Shown piece by piece: positions 46,879 to 57,901 of a stretch of DNA of 64,000 nt. The first letter of the stretch is position 1; each line of letters starts with the position of its first letter. Source of the DNA: Fibrobacter succinogenes (GTDB lineage: Bacteria > Fibrobacterota > Fibrobacteria > Fibrobacterales > Fibrobacteraceae). The notes beneath the pieces were generated by a model. The model made no database searches. It was given only the letters and a program-made list of their open reading frames with translations, and had not been told where the DNA came from. The translations under genes and the position numbers were made by a program. Location: assembly GCA_902800815.1 (NCBI GenBank), contig CADCGB010000017.1, positions 46,520 through 110,519 on the forward strand. Reading direction: 5' to 3'.

Positions 46879-47024
46879 TAAACCTGAACAGGCGTATCAT
46901 TCGGATTATCGTTATAATTCAGAATAATCGTATTAGAATCAATAAGCAACAAATCACTCTTATTCCGAAGCGAAATGACTCTTACTGATGGAGCCTCATA
47001 TTCTTTTTTTTGAATAAACACCAT
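46878..47024 (-). CDS. 48-aa peptide with YxxP leader-like motif (absent from the ORF track)
   Basis: Hand translation MVFIQKKEYEAPSVRVISLRNKSDLLLIDSNTIILNYNDNPNDTPVQV*; AAAGG upstream; stop overlaps the next start. Confidence 0.75.
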   Translation of the reverse strand: MVFIQKKEYEAPSVRVISLRNKSDLLLIDSNTIILNYNDNPNDTPVQV

Positions 47025-47042
47025 ATTCAAGCCTTTATAGTT

Positions 47043-47168
47043 TTATGGTGTCTGAACTTCAATTTCATCAGGGCAAGAACCGTCACAACTACCACATAAA
47101 GGTTTTAAATCGGAAGCAATTTTAACAACCTTCATTTCCGGCTTTTCATAAGTTTTCTTTTCATCCAT
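47043..47168 (-). CDS. 41-aa Cys-containing peptide with YxxP leader-like motif (absent from the ORF track)
   Basis: Hand translation MDEKKTYEKPEMKVVKIASDLKPLCGSCDGSCPDEIEVQTP*; GAGG RBS; starts 6 nt after the stop of the large upstream gene. Confidence 0.8.
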   Translation of the reverse strand: MDEKKTYEKPEMKVVKIASDLKPLCGSCDGSCPDEIEVQTP

Positions 47169-47174
47169 GGTATT

Positions 47175-50100
47175 TTACCTCACAATTATGCGCTTACCAT
47201 TATAGTAATATGTACCCTGGGTCGTTGGCTTGCCGTTGAGTTTACGACCACTTAAATCGTACCAGCGATCCATTTTTAGTTCGCCAGTTTTGGAATTCAA
47301 CACACCTCCACCAATAACTCGACCATTTTTCCCAACAATTTCAATTTCGAATTCTTCCGGAAGTGTACTCAAATCAGCAAAACGTTCAACCAATCTAGAC
47401 GATTTCGTTAGCACCTTAGATTCGTCATAAACAAGGTACGCACGCATCGGCAGAACAGCCGCTGGCTGGTTTTTATTTTTAATTCTAAAGAACTTCCCTA
47501 TCGTCAATCCCTTTGTCGGATTTTCTATACCAGAATACCCATATGCATAATCCCATTCTGGATGATCTTCATTTATAACGACCGTTTCATAAGATCCTTT
47601 AAAAACCCAGCCATTATATACAACCTGTTCTGGCTCTTTTGTAATTAATGAAACAGGTTTATCCAAAACAAAGTTTATGTTTGTTTCAGAAGGAAGATAA
47701 ACATAGGGACGACCCGCTTTTAATTCATTTCCATCAGGCACCTTAACAATAAATTTCCATTTTCCCGTGGAATTATCAATCGATTCAAATTCCCAGAAAT
47801 CACCACACTTAGATTTACCACATTGAACTTCATTCAAACTAACTGTAAACGGGAACATAACCGTTGACATAGCATTTACAGTAAATGTACGATTGAAAAT
47901 CACATGGTCTACAACTACATTGTCGCTCTCAGGAATACTAACATCTTCTTGATTAGAGCTTTCGTTATTGATTTCAGCACGAGTACCAGTTTCATCCGTA
48001 TAAATCGTAACTGCTCCATACGGAACGGCCTTTGCCACAACAGAGATCGACCCATCAACAATCGTGAGTTCCGTAAACAGGTTCGTCACATCGGTGCCAG
48101 ATTCATTCTTAATGGTCACAGCACAAGTTGACGTGACATTACCATCAGCGACCTTATGCACACTTCCGCTGGGGTCCATTTCAATAGAATAGCCTACCGG
48201 AAGAGTCCCCTCACGAGAACATTCAGCATTGTGAATTTTGCCATCATATTCAAACGTGCCAGAACCTGCCGTAACCGTTATCGGCAACAGAGACCACTGT
48301 GCAGTAAGCGTCCTATCACCAGAAGAATTAGCCGGGAATGCATCTGTCAGCACATCACCAGTCTCGCTGTCAAGCCACCCTACGAACGAATATCCAACCC
48401 TTGCATTCGGAGTAGCAAGAGGAAGTTCGCCTGATTCCATAGTAAACGTGAAGGATTCATCACCATCCATTGAACCTCCATTGGGATCGTACTCTACCGT
48501 GTAGGTACTGATTACCCAATGCGGGTAGAGGGTAATGTCAGCGTTTTCTGTGTACGGGCTGCTCACGATATCGCCATTTGCATTCTCCCAGCCATCCTGC
48601 GTGTAGCCGGAGCGGGTGAACTTTTCGCTGGAAAGTTCAAAATCCACATCATGGGTCTTCGTACCTGCCGCAACAGCGCCTTCACCGAAGTCTCCTGCAT
48701 TATAGGTAACCGTGTAAGCAGGAACCCAACGCGGAATGAGTGTAACATCGGCATCTACATCAAATGCAGCACCAAGATCATACTCTATAGTTTCATCATT
48801 GGTGGTATAGATCCAGCCATTCTGGACATAACCATCGCGAGTGAACACCTCAGTAGAAAGCAGAAGATTGGCTCCATAGGCTTTCGTTGCAGAAGCTACA
48901 TTACCATCACCATATTCGCCACCATTATACGTAATCGTAAATGTTTGCGATGTCCAATATGGATATAAAATTAAATCTGCATTATCTGTATACTTCGAAT
49001 TAAGTGCAAGAAAACCATCAGAACCATCGTCCTTTGTACTCCAGCCACCTTGGATATATCCTGTTCTCGTATAGGAAACACCCCTTAATGTATATTCTTC
49101 ATTGTGAATCTTTTTCTCAGAAGGAACAAGTCCAATTCCATAAGTTCCCGCTCTATATGTAATCTCATAAGTAATCAATTTCCATTCTGCATAAAGCGTA
49201 ATGTTTTCTGTTAAACCAGCAGGAATGCTTGTTTTCTTATCCTTAAATTCAGGATCTGTATACCAGCCCAAGAAACTATGTTTTTCATCCCAAACCGGAT
49301 CAGAAAGCGTCATTCCATCAACAGTAAACTCGCCTGCATTTGAATTTGAGCATTCGTCTGAGCATTTCAGTACATAATTCACAGTATAAGAATTTTTCAC
49401 CCATTTAGCATAGAGATTAACATCTTTAGTAATAGTTTGATTAAAGTTAAACGAGGTACTTGCGCCGCGTTCAAACCACCCCTCAAAAGTATAACCTGGA
49501 TGCGGATCCATTTTATCAGTGGTCAACTCATTAGCCTTTTCATTTTCATATACAGAACTCACATACGAAGCCGTAGATGATTCGTTCTCATAGAAACGAA
49601 CTGTATAGACTGGCGCAGTAGTCCACGCAGCAACCAAGGTCATATCTCCTGCGGCAACAGGAAGATTGTCAAGTCCATATTCATCGACATAACGCACTGT
49701 GGGATCATTTCCATCCGCCCAGCCCATGAAATTATACTTTACATTTTGATCATCAATAAATGAAGTCGGTCTAGCAAAGCCCTGCACTGCTATTCTCTTT
49801 CCATTTTCAATCTTTATTGATACCGATTCAGAAGATCCATTTGGGAATGTTCCGTGCAGGTCCCCGTTAACAGGACTGAATGTAATCGTATGCATCTTGT
49901 TCCAAGATGCCGTAATCGTTGTTGCTTTTGTCGCAGTTTTATTATAATCATCACCTACCCAACCGGCGAATACATAACTATCATCGCCCCAAGTGGGATC
50001 TGCAACGCCATCATTATTGATTGTATTCCCAGCCTTTACATACTTCACAAATGTTGCTCCGCCAGCAAAGGAACCTCCATTTGCATTGAAGGTTATCTTG

Positions 50101-51155
50101 TAACCATCTGCGCCGTAGCCATTCAAGCAAATGCTGGATGCACCGGCGGACCACGGAGTACTCACAGGGCAAATTCCATTCTCAAGTTCGGCACCATTAA
50201 GAGTACAAGCTATCAGTTCCGTATTCAGTTCTGTAGTTCCAGTCGGCGAACCAGTCGTAGAGCCGCCCATAGTTCTGCCGATGGCATCGTCAAACTTTTC
50301 GCTGTCATAATAAACATCCTCAAATTCCGTTTTTCCATTGTAATGATTGCCGACAATCGCCCCAGCCTTGCCAGAACCCGTACTTGAAAGGGTATTTCCC
50401 GCATAAACACAAGAGGATATCGAAGCAACAGCACCTTTGTCAAATTCTTTTGTATAACCAACTATTCCACCAACATAAGCCGTTCCATTGGCATCGATAT
50501 CCACCGCACTATAGCAATTCGTTATCGTGCCTCCACCATTATTGCCAACAATTCCACCAACAGACTGACCATCACCACTTGTAACCATCTTACCGGTTAC
50601 ATAGCAGTTTTCAACAATACTCTCTGGGTTACTCTGCCAACCAACCACAGTACCTATAGAAAGCGGCTTTTCCACAGGATTAGCTCCTGTAGTTTTATAG
50701 TTCTTACCATATGCGTAAACTTCAACATTCTCCAAAATTACATTCTGAACATGCCCCGTAAAAGCCCCAATAAGTCCCAAGTTCTGTGCAAGTTCTGTAT
50801 CTTTAGGATATTTATTGAGAATTTCCTCTGCACTTATGTACAAATTTTTTATTATCTTGTTGTTTCCGTTAAAATGGACCTCCCTCTTCGTTCCTTTGGA
50901 CGAAATCGGAATCCAGAAATAACCATCCATATTCAAATCAGCCCTGACTTCTGCACAATACGGCGTTTGGTTCGCATTCACTTTAGCAGCAAACCAAGCC
51001 AGTTCTGCCGGAGTATAAATCTGGTAACAGTCGTTAACCTTCTCAGGATCCGTAGAACTCTTATGATCAGTCCACGGATCCATAGCAAACCCCTGCCCAA
51101 CGAGCACGAGGCAGGCCATAAAAGCTAATTTTTTGAAATTGTTTACAAAGAGCAT
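47175..51155 (-). CDS. Large secreted surface protein with GLUG-like region, InlB B-repeats and Bacteroidetes-like C-terminal domain
   Basis: Signal peptide; YQIYTPAELAWFA; VGGIVG repeats; about 8 repeats of type ITFNANGG...F.GW...LYA.W; terminal WYDLSGRKLNGKPTTQGTYYYNGKRIIVR. Confidence 0.9.
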   Translation of the reverse strand: MLFVNNFKKLAFMACLVLVGQGFAMDPWTDHKSSTDPEKVNDCYQIYTPAELAWFAAKVNANQTPYCAEVRADLNMDGYFWIPISSKGTKREVHFNGNNKIIKNLYISAEEILNKYPKDTELAQNLGLIGAFTGHVQNVILENVEVYAYGKNYKTTGANPVEKPLSIGTVVGWQSNPESIVENCYVTGKMVTSGDGQSVGGIVGNNGGGTITNCYSAVDIDANGTAYVGGIVGYTKEFDKGAVASISSCVYAGNTLSSTGSGKAGAIVGNHYNGKTEFEDVYYDSEKFDDAIGRTMGGSTTGSPTGTTELNTELIACTLNGAELENGICPVSTPWSAGASSICLNGYGADGYKITFNANGGSFAGGATFVKYVKAGNTINNDGVADPTWGDDSYVFAGWVGDDYNKTATKATTITASWNKMHTITFSPVNGDLHGTFPNGSSESVSIKIENGKRIAVQGFARPTSFIDDQNVKYNFMGWADGNDPTVRYVDEYGLDNLPVAAGDMTLVAAWTTAPVYTVRFYENESSTASYVSSVYENEKANELTTDKMDPHPGYTFEGWFERGASTSFNFNQTITKDVNLYAKWVKNSYTVNYVLKCSDECSNSNAGEFTVDGMTLSDPVWDEKHSFLGWYTDPEFKDKKTSIPAGLTENITLYAEWKLITYEITYRAGTYGIGLVPSEKKIHNEEYTLRGVSYTRTGYIQGGWSTKDDGSDGFLALNSKYTDNADLILYPYWTSQTFTITYNGGEYGDGNVASATKAYGANLLLSTEVFTRDGYVQNGWIYTTNDETIEYDLGAAFDVDADVTLIPRWVPAYTVTYNAGDFGEGAVAAGTKTHDVDFELSSEKFTRSGYTQDGWENANGDIVSSPYTENADITLYPHWVISTYTVEYDPNGGSMDGDESFTFTMESGELPLATPNARVGYSFVGWLDSETGDVLTDAFPANSSGDRTLTAQWSLLPITVTAGSGTFEYDGKIHNAECSREGTLPVGYSIEMDPSGSVHKVADGNVTSTCAVTIKNESGTDVTNLFTELTIVDGSISVVAKAVPYGAVTIYTDETGTRAEINNESSNQEDVSIPESDNVVVDHVIFNRTFTVNAMSTVMFPFTVSLNEVQCGKSKCGDFWEFESIDNSTGKWKFIVKVPDGNELKAGRPYVYLPSETNINFVLDKPVSLITKEPEQVVYNGWVFKGSYETVVINEDHPEWDYAYGYSGIENPTKGLTIGKFFRIKNKNQPAAVLPMRAYLVYDESKVLTKSSRLVERFADLSTLPEEFEIEIVGKNGRVIGGGVLNSKTGELKMDRWYDLSGRKLNGKPTTQGTYYYNGKRIIVR

Positions 51156-51465
51156 ACTTTACCCCCGTTTTTGCTTAAATTTAGTTAAAATTGCCATTTT
51201 TTGCAATTAGTTTGTAAACAATGCAAAATTTTGTTGACCAACTTCACACAATCACTAGGAAATCGGTAGGAAAAAAAGTATACAAATGGCTACAAAACCA
51301 CATTTCCCCTGCCAAAAATGTGATTTTCGTCAAATTTCGCCACTTTTGTTTCATACAAATGGCCATTTGCCCAAAATTTGCGCAAGACGCTTTCACGGCG
51401 AAAAAAGAGCCTAGTCGCCCACTATTTTTTCTACATTTTTCAAAAAATTTCAAAAAGGATATATT

Positions 51466-53235
51466 ATGCCGAAACTTCGTTCGCTCAAGACTATGGAAGG
51501 CCGCGAAATGGCCGGTGCACGCGCCCTTTGGCACGCAACAGGAACCAAGGTGGAAGACTTTGGCAAGCCGGTGATTTGCGTGGTGAACAGCTATACCCAG
51601 TTTGTTCCGGGACACGTTCACCTGAAGGACTTGGGCCAGGTGGTCGCCCGCGCGATCGAAGCCGCCGGCGGTGTCGCGAAGGAAATGAACACCATCGCCG
51701 TGGATGACGGTATCGCCATGGGCCACGACGGCATGCTCTACAGCCTCCCCAGCCGCGACCTCATTGCCGACTCCACCGAATACATGGCTAACGCCCACCG
51801 CGCCGACGCCCTCGTGTGCATCAGTAACTGCGACAAGGTGACTCCGGGTATGCTCATGGCCGCCATGCGCCTCAACATTCCGGCAATTTTCGTCAGCGGC
51901 GGCCCCATGGAAGCCGGCCACGTGACCACGAAGGACGGCAAGGACCGCGCCCTCGACCTGATTGATGCCATGATTGATTCCGCTGACAACACCATCAGCG
52001 ACGAAGAAGTGGCCGCCATCGAAGCGAACTCCTGCCCCACTTGCGGTTCCTGCTCCGGCATGTTCACCGCGAACTCCATGAACTCCTTGACCGAAGCCCT
52101 CGGCCTCAGCCTCCCGGGCAACGGCACCATCGTCGCGACCCACGCCGAACGCAAGAAGCTGTTCGAAGCTGCCGGTAAGCGCATCGTGGAACTCTGCCAC
52201 CAGTATTACGATTTGAACGACGAAAGCATCCTCCCGCGCAGCATCGCCACGAAGGACGCCTTCGAAAACGCCATGCGCCTCCACCATGAAGGACATCGAC
52301 CGCCTCTCCCGCAACACGCCGTGCATCTGCAAGGTTGCCCCGACCGTCCACAACATCCACGTGGAAAACGTGAACCGCGCCGGTGGCATCATGGGCATCA
52401 TGGGCGAACTCGACCGCATGGGCCTCATCCACAAGAATGCAAAGACAGTTCACGCCGCTACGATGGGCGAAGCCCTCGAAGTGAACGACCTCAAGCGTAA
52501 CCCGACAGCCGAAGCCAAGCAGCGCTACCTCGCCGGCCCGGGCCGCAAGTACAACCTGGTCGCCTTCTCGCAGAACTTCATGTACCCGGATCACGATCTC
52601 GACCGCGCCAATGGCGCTATCCGCGACGGCGAACACGCCTACACCAAGGACGGCGGCCTCGCTGTTCTGTACGGTAACCTCGCCGTGGACGGCTGCATCG
52701 TGAAGACCGCAGGCGTCGACGAATCCATCTTCAAGTTCACCGGCCCCGCCGTGGTGTTCGAAAGCCAGGAAGATGCCGTGAAGGGCATTCTCGACCCGAA
52801 CGTGGTGAAGTTATCCGCTACGAAGGCCCGAAGGGTGGCCCCGGCATGCAGGAAATGCTCTACCCGACCTCTTACCTCAAGAGCCGTCACCTCGGCAAGT
52901 CCTGCGCCCTCCTCACCGACGGACGCTTCTCCGGCGGTACGAGCGGTCTTTCCATCGGTCACGCTTCTCCGGAAGCCGCCAACAAGGGTAACATCGGCCT
53001 GGTGCACACGGGCGACGTCATCGAAATCGACATCCCGAACCGCAGCATCAACGTGCAGCTCACCGACGAAGAGCTGGCCGAACGCCGCAAGGAAATGGAA
53101 GCCCGCGGCGCCAAGGCATGGCAGCCGGAACACCGCGACCGCGTAGTGTCCAAGGCATTGCAGGCATATGCCGCCATGGCATCTAGCGCAGACAAGGGTG
53201 CCGTGCGTGACCTTTCCCTCATTGGTGTGAAGTAA
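51466..53235 (+). pseudogene. ilvD: Dihydroxy-acid dehydratase split into three frames by two short deletions
   Basis: [27 protein letters not shown] in frame 1; junctions at about 52281 (GGSTN segment missing) and about 52810; [24 protein letters not shown] in frame 3. Confidence 0.85.
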
Positions 53236-53239
53236 TTAA

Positions 53240-54961
<1,722 letters not shown>

Positions 54962-55039
54962 GGCCCGCGCAGTCTAAACCCCGCGACCCGCGCAGTTTAT
55001 TAAACGGCGACGAGTCAACGTTTTTCGTATAAATTAAAC

Positions 55040-55064
55040 AGCCCGCGAAAGCGGGCTTTATTTT
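55040..55064. terminator. GNRA-loop terminator between convergent genes
   Basis: agcccgc-gaaa-gcgggct followed by ttatttt. Confidence 0.8.
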
Positions 55065-55098
55065 ATATGAAATGATGGTTCGTGTTTGTTCGTGAACC

Positions 55099-55395
55099 TT
55101 ACACGATGGTAAGGATATCCGCGAAACCCGTCACGTCAAAGATTTCCTTGATTTCGGGGCACACGTTGCGGATAAACATCTTGCCCTGCTTGTTCATGAC
55201 CTTCTGAGCCGAAAGCAGCACGCGCAAGCCCGCAGAAGAAATGTAAGAAAGCTTCGCAAAATCAAAATTCAGTTCGGTGACGCCGTCCAGTTTCCCTTGA
55301 ACCTCAGCCTCGAGCTGCGGTGCGGTCATCGTGTCCAAACGCCCTTCCAGGGCAATGCTCATAACGGAATTTTCAACTTTCTTTTCGATCTGCAT
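55099..55395 (-). CDS. STAS domain protein (anti-sigma factor antagonist)
   Basis: LEGRLDTMTAP, LSYISSAGLRVLL, IFDVTGF. Confidence 0.92.
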   Translation of the reverse strand: MQIEKKVENSVMSIALEGRLDTMTAPQLEAEVQGKLDGVTELNFDFAKLSYISSAGLRVLLSAQKVMNKQGKMFIRNVCPEIKEIFDVTGFADILTIV

Positions 55396-55422
55396 ATTTA
55401 CCTCTCTCTTAAATTTAACAAT

Positions 55423-56556
55423 TTAGCGCTTCGCCTTTTCCCTGTACAGCGCCTCGTCGGCCCTTTCGAACAAGTCTTTCAGGGTCTCGCCCTTGCCGCG
55501 GCTAGCCGCATACCCGATGCTCAGGCTCAGCCGGTACGGGAGCGATGCCGCCCTCTGCGCAATCTCGTAATTGATGGCGAACTTGATGGCCTCGGCCGCC
55601 GCCATATCCGGGAGGTCCGCCGCCAGGTTGAACTCGTCGCCCCCGAAGCGCGAAATAAAGCAGCCCTTGGGGCCACAGACGCGCTTGAGCACTTCTGCCA
55701 CGGTAATCAGGGCGCGGTCGCCCTCGTGGTGCCCAAAGTTGTCGTTTATGTCCTTGAACTTGTCGAGGTCGAGCACGAACAGGTACAGCGAGCCCTTCGC
55801 CAGGGTCTGCCCCATCTTGGAATCAAGATACACGTTCAGCTGGTTACGGTTGTTGAGCTTCGTGAGCGGGTCGGTCGAAATCATGCGGGACTGCAGTTCG
55901 AGGAACACCCACAGCACGGCAACCATCATCGCGTATATCGAGAACGGGTGCGTCCCCGTAAAATACTCAAGAACAAAGAATATTAACGGCAGCACACCGC
56001 ACGAGGCAAGCGCCATGTTCAACATCCTGTCGGAGTAGTAGCGCTTGATGAAAACGCGGCGGCCCGCAATAAAGCCCGTGCCCAGCATGTAGAAACTGCA
56101 AATGGCGATATAGACAAAGTAAATGCTCCCGCGGATGGCGTGGTTATCGGGGCTTATGCGGTAAATCCAGCCCTGCGAGATGGAACCCGCGATAAACAAT
56201 ACACCAATCGCCATAGGGATTGACAGGTAGAGGAGTATGCGCTTCTTGTGCCAGAAATGCAACTGCAGGTTGTAACCCACAAAGCGCAGCCACTGGAACG
56301 CGAGGAACACGTTCAACGAGAGGAAGGCGATGCAGCAGGCGTGGTTCACTGCCACGGCAGCCGGAGAGGCAACCCCCTCGACATGCTCCGACACGAGATC
56401 CAAGGCGAAAAGCACAATGATCATCACGAACACGTGGGTCAGGATAGTCTGGTTCGCAAGCCTATTCAGACTCGTACGGAGCGTCCAAAGCATGATGGCA
56501 AGAACTGCTATGCAGAACAGGCTTATCTCGGTATATTCAAGTAAATACTCGGTCAT
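55423..56556 (-). CDS. Membrane-bound diguanylate cyclase (GGDEF) 1
   Basis: About six TM segments; DPLTKLNNR, DLDKFKDINDNFGHHEGD, RFGGDEF. Confidence 0.92.
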   Translation of the reverse strand: MTEYLLEYTEISLFCIAVLAIMLWTLRTSLNRLANQTILTHVFVMIIVLFALDLVSEHVEGVASPAAVAVNHACCIAFLSLNVFLAFQWLRFVGYNLQLHFWHKKRILLYLSIPMAIGVLFIAGSISQGWIYRISPDNHAIRGSIYFVYIAICSFYMLGTGFIAGRRVFIKRYYSDRMLNMALASCGVLPLIFFVLEYFTGTHPFSIYAMMVAVLWVFLELQSRMISTDPLTKLNNRNQLNVYLDSKMGQTLAKGSLYLFVLDLDKFKDINDNFGHHEGDRALITVAEVLKRVCGPKGCFISRFGGDEFNLAADLPDMAAAEAIKFAINYEIAQRAASLPYRLSLSIGYAASRGKGETLKDLFERADEALYREKAKR

Positions 56557-57686
56557 ACCCGTTCCACCTTCTTGCGGTTCTTGATTTCGTAGAGGGCCTC
56601 GTCCGCCCTGCGACCAAAGGATTCCTCGGTCTCCCCCTTCCTGAGCCTTGCGTACCCGATGCTCATCTTGAGTTCGTACGGAAGCCCGAAGGATTTCTTT
56701 ACAAGCTTTTCTTCAATCGCCGTGCAGAGTTCATCGGCAGCGGCATCGTCCGGGAGGTTCGCAAACACGACAAACTCGTCGCCACCGTAGCGCGAAATAA
56801 AGTGCCCGCGCGGGCCGCATACGACTTTAAGCACATCCGACACAATCAGGAGCGCCTTATCGCCCTCCATATGGCCGTAGGTATCGTTGATGCCCTTGAA
56901 CCTGTCCAAGTCCATCGCGAACTGGTAAAGCTTTTTGCCCGGGATTTCTTGCTTGAAGCGCGTACTCAAGTAAATGCTCGCCTGGTTACGGTTGTTGAGG
57001 CGCGTAAGCGGGTCGAGCGAAATCATCTCGCGCTGGATCTCGAGGAACACGACCACGAGGCCGAGGGTCGCACCCACGCAGAACACCGAGAGGCCCGGGT
57101 ACTGAATCTGGACAATATTCGCAAAGAACGGCAAGAAACCGAGTGCCGAAATGGCGTAAAGCTTGTTCTTGTTCACCAGTTCACGCTTTTTCTTGATGGT
57201 AAAAACAGCGACAAAGAACGAGTACAGCAAGTACGCGAAGATAAGGCTAACCTGCACAATATTGAGCTCGCCACGGTGGTAGTGGTTCGCGTCATCAACG
57301 GTAAAGAACCACCCCGTCCAGATGGAGGCAATCGACATTATGCCGATAATAATCATAGGCAGGGCAAAAAGCACCCTATGGACATTCCAAACCTTGAACT
57401 GGCTCGACGAGAGGAACAAGGAGTAACGGCTCCAGAAATAACAGAGCACGCCACTCTGTGCAAAATAGGCGGCATTTATAACCTTGTTGAGCAGAATTCC
57501 ATAGCTAAAGGTCGCCCCATCCACGAACACCCAGAGGATATCCAAGGAAAAGAGGAGCAGGCAGTGGAAACAGATATTAAAGAATGTCTTCTGGTCGGCT
57601 TCGTGCATCACTCCGCGCTTGACCATGAACATGAGGATAGTCATGATAACAGCACAGAGGGTATTGACAGTAATATAGAGTAACAT
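56553..57686 (-). CDS. Membrane-bound diguanylate cyclase (GGDEF) 2
   Basis: About six TM segments; DPLTRLNNR, DLDRFKGINDTYGHMEGD, RYGGDEF. Confidence 0.92.
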   Translation of the reverse strand: MLLYITVNTLCAVIMTILMFMVKRGVMHEADQKTFFNICFHCLLLFSLDILWVFVDGATFSYGILLNKVINAAYFAQSGVLCYFWSRYSLFLSSSQFKVWNVHRVLFALPMIIIGIMSIASIWTGWFFTVDDANHYHRGELNIVQVSLIFAYLLYSFFVAVFTIKKKRELVNKNKLYAISALGFLPFFANIVQIQYPGLSVFCVGATLGLVVVFLEIQREMISLDPLTRLNNRNQASIYLSTRFKQEIPGKKLYQFAMDLDRFKGINDTYGHMEGDKALLIVSDVLKVVCGPRGHFISRYGGDEFVVFANLPDDAAADELCTAIEEKLVKKSFGLPYELKMSIGYARLRKGETEESFGRRADEALYEIKNRKKVERV

Positions 57687-57901
57687 CTACGAAGCCTTGA
57701 CGTTCCATAAAATAATAAAAAAAACACTCTTTTGACATTAAAAGAACGGCAATATTTGCCTTTATGCGTGACTAGACTCACAAATGGTTGCGGGCGTAAA
57801 CATGATTTGTACCAAAAGCGAATAAAAAGCCCGTTCCTGGATATAGATTATAGTTAGTGTATGAACGTTTTTACATTACACAAACTGTGTATGGAGGTTT
57901 T

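Noticed and set aside
46878-47168. Canonical lasso peptide cluster
   Set aside because: No lasso cyclase, B2 protease or PqqD gene in the window, and the cores lack a clear lasso ring pattern
57687-57901. c-di-GMP riboswitch between the GGDEF genes and GH5
   Set aside because: No GEMM-type tetraloop/receptor pattern recognisable
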